Made by a program: the position numbers and the translations under genes. From Octopus sinensis (Eukaryota), in the NCBI RefSeq assembly GCF_006345805.1, contig NC_042998.1:207452001-207516000 (forward strand): a stretch of 64,000 nucleotides of DNA, in the 5' to 3' direction. Shown here in pieces: positions 54,817 to 64,000 of the stretch. Every line of letters begins with the position of its first letter. Position 1 is the first letter of the stretch. A model generated the notes under the pieces. The model saw only the letters and a program-made list of their open reading frames with translations, made no database searches and was not told the DNA's origin.

Positions 54817-57800
54817 TATTATAAAAGGCAGATTTTATCTGCCTCCCTTTGGGAGTAATACAAATCTACATATAGGATTTCTTCAATTACAATTTACCTA
54901 GCATTTTTAAGAGTACAATGCATCGCGTCATGCCAGGTCCAGTTTTTAAAATTTAAACTCCAATTAAGCAAAATTTACAGAAAACTCACATTCTGGTGTG
55001 TGTGTCAAATGCTTTTCTTAGTCTGGTTTACACACACACGCAAACGCACACACACAGTGGGCGACGAATAAAATGAAAGTAAATAGCGACAGAGTGATTT
55101 GAGGAAGATTAAACTGAAAGTATTTAAACCACTACTCAAAAAATAAAAAAACACAGCAAACAGAAACAAATAAATACATAACCATTTATTCCTCACACAA
55201 TTTCTTCAATTAGAATTTACCCAAGATTTTTCAGAGTACTTCAGTGGGTGATGCCATAAAAAATTTCTTTCAATTTTACCACCAATTAAGACAAAATTCG
55301 AGAAAACTCAATATTTTAACATATCACTCCGAAAGCATTGATGTACATGTGTGCGTGCGTGAGTGTGTGTGTGTGTCATTCCTCACACACACGCATACAC
55401 ATACATATACAACTACATACAACTACATACAAACACGTGTGTGTTTGTTATTAGTAAAAAAGGCGCCAAAACTCAACTCACTTATCATTCCAACACATTT
55501 GCAAAGACACACGGACGGACAGAAAAGGTAACTTGGTTTTTATTTTACTCTGTATTAATTCCGTGAATTATGGGAGATTTTTTCCCGAAATTTGTTCCTA
55601 TTATGTTTTCAAAATTTGTAATTCTGACAAAAAATGGATACGAATTTCATTATATCAAGCAGCGAGTCAGAATTCGAAGGATTTTCTACTGAAGACCTTC
55701 ATAAATCTAACTCTATGACTGAAAAAAAAAAAGCATCTTTATATAAGAGTGAAGTTGTGTGTCTGTCTCCTACGATTTAGATTCGTAACTACTCCCACAT
55801 TTTGCGGTGCAGTTTAACCAAAAGCGGGTATCTTATAGTCGTGATTCATATCGAGCCCTTCTGGGTATTAGCGTGCGTCTACGATGAGTCTACGATTTAA
55901 AAAAAATTTACCATCATATTTTTCCATTTTAATGCATTTTTCGCTTTTATATAAGGGAAGTAACTCTCTAAAAATATCTACGATGTGTCAACGATTAAAA
56001 AAAAATTTACCATCATATTTTTCCATTTTAATGCATTTTTCGCTTTTATATAGGGAAGTAACTCTCTAAAAATATCTACGATGTGTCAACGATTAAAAAA
56101 AAATTTTTTTTCAATTTTTAATGCATTTTTTTGCTATTTTTTGGCTATAACTCTCTAAAAATGCTTATATATTTATTTCCCTTACAACCCGAGCAACGCC
56201 GAGCGATACTGCTAGTCTTATTATAAAAGGCAGATTTTATCTGCCTCCCTTTGTCAGTTATAGAAATCTACAATATAGGATTTCTTCAATTACAATTTAC
56301 CTAGCATTTTAAGAGTAGAATGCATCGGGTCATGCCAGGTCCAGTTTTTAAAATTTAAACTCCAATTAAGCAAAATTTACAGAAAACTCACATTCTGGTG
56401 TGTATGTCAAATGCTTTTCTTGATGTGGTTTACACCACACGCAAACGTACACACACACAAAGGGAGCGAACTGTTTCACTGACGCTATCACCCTTCTCCT
56501 CCTTTGTCTTTGCAAGTTTGCAGCTATTAAAGTGAAAACAGTGAATCCGACAGCGATAAAGAAAACGAATTGGTACCTGAATGGAGTGAAAATTTAAAAA
56601 CTGTTTCTTTCGGTGATTTTTCTGAAGAAACTGCACCAAGCCACAGACTTTCCCAGAAGAGTAAAGCCTTAAACTATTTCTATTTACTTTTTCGAATGAG
56701 CCTATTTAAAATCATTACGGCAGAAACGAACCGTTACGCTAAACGTAAACAAAACGAAAGAAAGGATAGTTTGTTATTTTCCACAACCTTAAATGAAATT
56801 AAGGCCTATTTTGCCATAAATATTATTATGGGTATCAGAAAGTTACCCAGAATAACAAATTATATCGTAAAATTTTGTTGTATACCCAATTGAATATTAG
56901 CTAATAACCCATTTTCTATAGCGATGTTTGAACAAAATTTTAATAATTTTATATATTGTTGAATTTACCTGTATCTACCTGCAATTAGAGTCACTTTGTG
57001 ACAAAAATTATAGTATAGAATTGGTTGAGAACATTTCACTAAATTATCTTCCAAAAATCAGATTAATATATTCATAAATAAAAAAGTTATAGTTGTTTAA
57101 TGAAACCAGACTAAATTTATGATTACGTTAGAAATTAATTGAAACACATAAGGGGTGTATTTTGATCAGAAATATAGTAACGAAAGGGTTAAGAAAAACC
57201 AAAAAATATTTTATTCTTTGTAATGTTGTGTTCAAATAACATTTTCTTTTAAGAATGTGTATATAACAAAGTATGTGTATATAACTACGTGGCTTATATC
57301 TTTATATATAAGAGTGAAGTTGTGTGTCTGTCTCCTACGATTTAGATTGTAACTACTCCCACATTTTGCGGTGCAGTTTAACCAAAAGCGGGTATCTTAT
57401 AGTCGTGATTCATATCGAGCCCTTCTGGGTATTAGCGCGCGTCTACGAGGAGTCTACGATTTAAAAAAAAATTACCATCATATTTTTCCATTTTAATGCA
57501 TATTTTTCGTTATTATATAGGGAAGTAACTCTCTAAAAATATCTACGATGTGTCAACGATTAAAAAAAAATTTTTTTTTTCAATTTTTAATGCATTTTTT
57601 TGCTATTTTTTGGCTATAACTCTCTAAAAATGCTTATATAGTTATTTCCCTTACAACCCGAGCAACGCCGGGCGATACTGCTAGTCTTATTATAAAAGGC
57701 AGATTTTATCTGCCTCCCTTTGTCAGTTATAGAAATCTACAATATAGGATTTCTTCAATTACAATTTACCTAGCATTTTAAGAGTAGAATGCATCGGGTC

Positions 57801-59160
57801 ATGCCAGGTCCAGTTTTTAAAATTTAAACTCCAATTAAGCAAATTTACAGAAAACTCACATTCTGGTGTGTATGTCAAATGCTTTTCTTGATGTGGTTAC
57901 ACCACACGCAAACGTACACACACACAAAGGGAGCGAACTGTTTCACTGACGCTATCACCCTTCTCCTCCTTTGTCTTTGCAAGTTTGCAGCTATTAAAGT
58001 GAAAACAGTGAATCCGACAGCGATAAAGAAAACGAATTGGTACCTGAATGGAGTGAAAATTTAAAAACTGTTTCTTTCGGTGATTTTTCTGAAGAAACTG
58101 GACCAAGCCACAGACTTTCCCAGAAGAGTAAAGCCTTAAACTATCTCTATTTACTTTTTCGAATGAGCCTATTTGAAATCATTATGCCAGAAACGAACCG
58201 TTACGCTAAACGTAAACAAAACGAAAGAAAGGATAGTTTGTTATTTTCCACAACCTTAAATGAAATTAAGGCCTATTTTGCCATAAATATTATTATGGGT
58301 ATCAGAAAGTTACCCAGAATAACAAATTATATCGTAAAATTTTGTTGTATACCCAATTGAATATTAGCTAATAACCCATTTTCTATAGCGATGTTTGAAC
58401 AAAATTTTAATAATTTTATATATTGTTGAATTTACCTGTATCTACCTGCAATTAGAGTCACTTTGTGACAAAAATTATAGTATAGAATTGGTTGAGAACA
58501 TTTCACTAAATTATCTTCCAAAAATCAGATTAATATATTCATAAATAAAAAAGTTATAGTTGTTTAATGAAACCAGACTAAATTTATGATTACGTTAGAA
58601 ATTAATTGAAACACATAAGGGGTGTATTTTGATCAGAAATATAGTAACGAAAGGGTTAAGAAAAACCAAAAAAATTTTATTCTTTGTAAATGTGTTCAAA
58701 TAACATTTTCTTTTAAGAATGTGTATATAACAAAGTATGTGTATATAACTACGTGGCTTATATCTTTATATATAAGAGTGAAGTTGTGTGTCTGTCTCCT
58801 ACGATTTAGATTCGTAACTACTCCCACATTTTGCGGTGCAGTTTAACCAAAAGCGGGTATCTTATAGTCGTGATTCATATCGAGCCCTTCTGGGTATTAG
58901 CGCGCGTCTACGAGGAGTCTACGATTTAAAAAAAAATTACCATCATATTTTTCCATTTTAATGCATATTTTTCGTTATTATATAAGGGAAGTAACTCTCT
59001 AAAAATATCTACGATGTGTCAACGATTTAAAAAAAAAATTACCTTAATTTTTTTTCAATTTTTAATGCATTTTTTTGCTATTTTTTGGCTATAACTCTCT
59101 AAAAATGCTTATATAGTTATTTCCCTTACAAACCCGAGCAACGCCCGGCGATACTGCTAG
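54814..59160 (+). mobile_element. Head-to-tail array of three composite Helitron units (B+A), two carrying a piggyBac transposase fragment
   Basis: Units 54814-56215, 56216-57684 and 57685-59160 joined CTAG|TC. ORFs 56570-56893 and 58037-58360 (ETNRYA...TTLNEIKAYFAINIIMGIRKLP) resemble the piggyBac DDE N-region. piggyBac-type end aaaggg|TTAA at 57188-57192. Confidence 0.75.
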
Positions 59161-60524
59161 TATATATATATATATCATCATCATCATCATCATCATCATC
59201 ATCGTCGTCGTCGTCGTCGTTTAATGTCTACTTTCCATGCTGGTATGGGTTGGATGGTTTGACTGAGGGCTGGCAAACCAGAAGTCTGCACCCGGCTCTA
59301 ATCTGATCTGGCAAAGTTTCTACAGCCGGATGCCCGTCCTAACGCCAACCACCCCGAGGAAGTAGTGGGTGCTTTTTACGTGCCACCGGCACGAGGGCCA
59401 GTCAGGCAGTACTGGCATCGACCACGCTCGAATGGAGCTTTCTACGTGGCATATGTGTGTGTGTGTGTGTGTGTGTTTGTCTGTGTGTTTGTGTCCGTGC
59501 GCGCGCCTGTGTGTATTCGTACTTATCTCCACATGATAACCAGTGTTGGTGTGTTTACGTCCCAGTAACTTAGCGGTTCGGCAAAAGAAGCGACAGAATA
59601 AATAGCAGGCTTACAAATAGCACTGAGGTCGAATCATTCGACTAAACATTCTTAAAAGCAATGTCCCAGCATGGCCGCGGGCTAATGATTAAATAAGTAA
59701 AAGACAAAAATATTAACGATCGTAGGCAGAATCTTTAATCTTTTCTTCTCTTGGCACAAGGCCCCAAATTTTTGGGGACAGGGGCCAGCTGATTAGATCG
59801 ACCCCAGTACGCAACTGGTACTTAATTTATCGACCCCGAAAGGATGAAAGGCAGAAATCGATCTCGGATGAATTTGAACTCAGACCGTAAAAGACAGACG
59901 AAATACCTATTTCTCTACTACCCACAAGGGGCTAAACACAGAGGGGACAAACAAGGACAGATAAACGGATTAAGTCGATTATATCGACCCCCAGTGCGTT
60001 ACTGGTACTTATTTAATCAACCCCGAAAGGATGAAAGGCAAAGTCGACCTCGGCGGAATTTGAACTCAGAACGTAACGGCAGACGAAATTCCTATTTCTT
60101 TACTACCCACAAGGGGCTAAACACAGAGGGGACAAACAAGGACAGACAAAGGGATTAAGTCGGTTACATTTACCCCAGTGCGTAACTGCTTCTTATCTAA
60201 TCGATCCCGGAAGTATGAAAGGCAAAGTCGACCTCGGCGACGATCGTAGCTAGAAACTGTAATAGCAGGGTTAATGCTTGATTTTGAAGACGAGAAAAAG
60301 GTCGCGAATGTCTGGAATAAGTTCGGCGGGATTTAAACGATAAGAAAACATAAACTACTTAATGATAATCTTTCTTAATGCAGTTGAGGTTTCTTTTATT
60401 TGTTCGAAATATTAAATACTTTATGCCTAAATCAATAGAGAACTCCAACAGACGGACAATGGAAAATACCCAGAGAGAAAAAGAATTTACTCACAAAACC
60501 TGTATTACACGTAATTTCTAGTAT

Positions 60525-61005
60525 ATGCGTGTACATCCATCCATCCATCCATATATATATACATCCATCCATCCATCCATCCATACATACATACATACAT
60601 ACATACATACATACAAAGATACATACATACATACATCCATACATACGTACGTACATAAATACATATCTAAATTTATACACACACATATACGTACATACAC
60701 ACACATATACATATATACATACACACATGTATGTATATACATACATATATACACTCACACACACACATATATATACATATATACGCATACACACACACAC
60801 ACATATATATATACATATATACGCATACACACACACACATACATATATATATACACACATATATATACATACATATATATACACACGCATATATATATAT
60901 ATACATACATATTCACCCACACATATATACATGCAGACATATATACACACAGACACATATATACATACATATACACACACACACTCACACACACATATAT
61001 ATACA
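60525..61005. repeat. (CATA/CA/TA)n microsatellite
   Basis: Direct inspection. Confidence 0.95.
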
Positions 61006-61645
61006 GGCGCAGGAGTGGCTGTGTGGTAAGAAGCTTGTTTCCCAACCACATGGTTCTGGGTTCAGTTCCACTGCGTGTCACCTTGGGCAAGCCCCGGGCC
61101 AACCAAAGCCTTCTGAGTAGATTTCGTAGACGGAAACTAAAAGAAGCCCTCAGTATTTTCACATACACACACACTCATACACATATATGAGCGTGTCTGT
61201 CTGTGTGTTTTTGCAGCTGTGTCTGCCCCCCCCCATCCCACTATACTGCTTGACAACCGGTGCTGGTTTGTTTCCGTACACGTAACTTAACGGTTCGGCG
61301 AGAGTAACCGATAAATTAAGTACCTGGCTTTAAAAAATGTACTAGGATCAATTCGTACTTAGTACTACCATACAATCCCAAATTTTCCTTCACACCACAA
61401 GACCCCTTTGAATGACCATCAAATGGAATCTACGTCTCCACACTTGCCATTTGTAAGGACAAAATATGAACTCCTATCGGGATTTACATACCATGGACAG
61501 CAAGCATTTCTACCAATTCCACGCACCACTTTCCTTGGATAATGAAACTACAACTATAACATCTTTATACATTTTTATTTCTACATTCATTCTCCTATTT
61601 CCCTGTATACTCCTTATTTCCTTCCTTTTCCATATATTCTTGAAG

Positions 61646-61850
61646 CCTTTCACCATTGGATCTCTTGAAAAGCACGCTTAGTTTATCCTTTAGAGAAATT
61701 AGTCTCCTCTTATAGACTTTCACATTATAGATCTCTTGAGAAACATAGTTAGATTATTCTTTAGAGAATTTGGTCACTTCTTGTAGTCTTTCACATTCGG
61801 ATCTCCTGAAAAGGATGGCTACCCTATCCTTTAGAGAATTTGTTCAAAAT
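61646..61850. repeat. Three diverged ~71-bp tandem repeats
   Basis: ctttcac...gatctc...ctttagagaa recurs at about 61646, 61717 and 61788. Confidence 0.75.
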
Positions 61851-61947
61851 ATTAAATACTTTATGCCTAAATCAATAGTGAACTTAAACAGATGAACAAT
61901 GGAAAATACCCACTCTAATATTTCCCTCTATTTAACCATCTCACATC

Positions 61948-61995
61948 GTCTCTGATGAAGGGATATCCCTAATATACCAGAAACAGGTGTAAGGC
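61948..61995 (+). ncRNA. Degenerate hammerhead motif, same Penelope-type repeat family
   Basis: gtct-CTGATGA-agggatatccctaatatacca-GAAA-caggtg-TA-aggc. Confidence 0.55.
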
Positions 61996-62590
61996 TAACT
62001 TTCTCTTATAAATGTCCTGAAAATCCCACACAGCCTTGGCTTTGTTTCATTTTATTTAACATAAACCTGATCATACAAGACCCGCATTAAGCTCCTCACT
62101 CGTATCATTATTGAACCGAGGATTTAGCAACCTTCCTTCCATAGCACTTCCATAGCCTTCTTACAGAGTCTTCTGGATACCGATACCTCTCATATATATT
62201 TGTGTGTGTGTGTGTGTGTGTGCATGTGTGTGTGTGTGTGTTTGTCCCCCCACCATCACTTGACAACCGATGTTGGTGTGTTTACTTCCCCGTAACTTTG
62301 CGATTCGGCCAAAAAAGACAGATATAATAAGTACCAGGCTTACAAAGAATAAGTCCTGAAGTCGATTTATTCTCCTAAATGCGGTGCTCTAGCATGGCCA
62401 CAGTCAAATGACTGAAAAAGCTCATTCGGTGGCAAAATGGTTTGAGCGATGGATAAAATGCCTTCTGGTATACGTTCCGTGACGCATGCAGTATCTCACA
62501 GATTGTATCTTACCCTTCGCCTGACATACATGCATGCATACATACATACATACATACATACATACATACATACATACATACATACATACA

Positions 62591-64000
62591 TGGTGGCTGC
62601 CCCCTCGTTATCGAGTATGGCCATAGCACGAAGCTTAATCAATGTTGTTATCGTGCAATGCCTGTGCAAGAAGATTTTTTTAAAGTGAGGAAAGGCTGTG
62701 CACTGAGTCAATCCCACTCACTAAGCAACAGCAGCCATAATCCGAAAAGAAGAACAAGTCAACATCATCGGTAACCACTGAGCCGTAGGTTTTATGTCGG
62801 AGTTATCCCAGTTACCTGAGTTACCTTCTCCTAGAAGGATGCCCTAACAAAGGCTAGGAGTCCTTCACTCCCAATGGTTTAACCGCGCGATCGGGTATTC
62901 AGTCCGATTATTTCTATGTCCCCGCGCATGATACAGCCTTAAGACATTTATTGGATGGCCGTTGACTCTCAAGAGTTCCTCCGCCCTTTGACGAGTTTTG
63001 TTTTTCATCCCGCAGGGTGTCCAATAAACACCCTCCTCACCAAGCAAGCTTGGTGGGGTTGCCGGTTTAGTCGCCGACGACCCGACCATGCAACAGGTTG
63101 TACTGGGTTACATGTTACCAGTAGCACTCGAAAGTGACCTGACATACATACACATACATACATACATACATACATACATACATACATACATACATACATT
63201 CATACATACATACATACATACATACATACATCATACATACATACATACATATACATACATACATACATACATACATACATACATGGTGGCTGCCCCCTCG
63301 TTATCGAGTATGGCCATAGCACGAAGCTTAATCAATGTTGTTATCGTGCAATGCCTGTGCAAGAAGATTTTTTTAAAGTGAGGAAAGGCTGTGCACTGAG
63401 TCAATCCCACTCACTAAGCAACAGCAGCCATAATCCGAAAAGATGAACAAGTCGACATTATCGGCAACCACTGAGCCGCAGGTTTTATGTCGGTGTTATC
63501 CCAGTTACCTGAGTCACCTTCTCCTAGAAGGATGCCCTAACAAAGGCTAGGAGTCCTTCACTCCCAATGGTTTAACCGCGCGATCGGGTATTCAGTTCGA
63601 TTATTTCTATGTCCCCGCGCATGATATAGCCTTAAGACATTTATTGGATGGCCGTTGACTCTCAAGAGTTCCTCCGCCCTTTGACGGGTTTTGTTTTTCA
63701 TCCCGCAGGGTGTCCAATAAACACCCTCCTCACCAAGCAAGCTTGGTGGGGTTGCCGGTTTAGTCGCCGACGACCCGACCATGCAACAGGTTGTACTGGG
63801 TTACATGTTACCAGTAGCACTCGAAAGTGACCTGACATACATACATACATACATACATACATACATACATACATACATACATACATACATACATACATAC
63901 ATACATACACACATACATACATACATACATACATACATACATACATACATACATACATACATACATACATACATGGTGGCTGCCCCCTCGTTATCGAGTA
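62591..64000 (-). repeat. Tandem array of the ~553-bp RTE-related repeat separated by (TACA)n
   Basis: Units 62591-63143, 63284-63836 and 63974-end. Confidence 0.9.

Overview
Eukaryotic, AT-rich, repeat-dense animal DNA. The SINE families and long (TACA)n/(TA)n tracts look like octopus (inferred, not proven). Most long ORFs in the supplied track are microsatellite or SINE artefacts. Two real spliced genes can be rebuilt by hand, both on the minus strand. (1) Ten GT-AG exons at 16739->1327 splice in frame into 391 codons covering almost all of a divergent animal FAS/FAS-like-PKS ketosynthase (KS) domain. The gene continues off the left edge. The catalytic Cys and second His are intact, but the first His motif reads EADGTG instead of EAHGTG. 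(2) A two-exon, 160-aa protein (48698-48569 + 36629-36277) has a signal peptide, an alpha-crystallin/HSP20-like domain, an IPI tail and five N-glycosylation sequons, so it looks like a secreted small heat-shock-like protein. Its terminal exon is tandemly duplicated with a different C-terminus. Other notable structures: a perfect 50-bp intronic antisense copy of a KS exon acceptor, hammerhead ribozyme motifs in Penelope-type repeats, and a head-to-tail Helitron concatemer carrying a piggyBac fragment. Also present are a full-length mariner, Tc1, RTE, CR1, Tx1 and Penelope relics, foldback MITEs and tandem SINE arrays.
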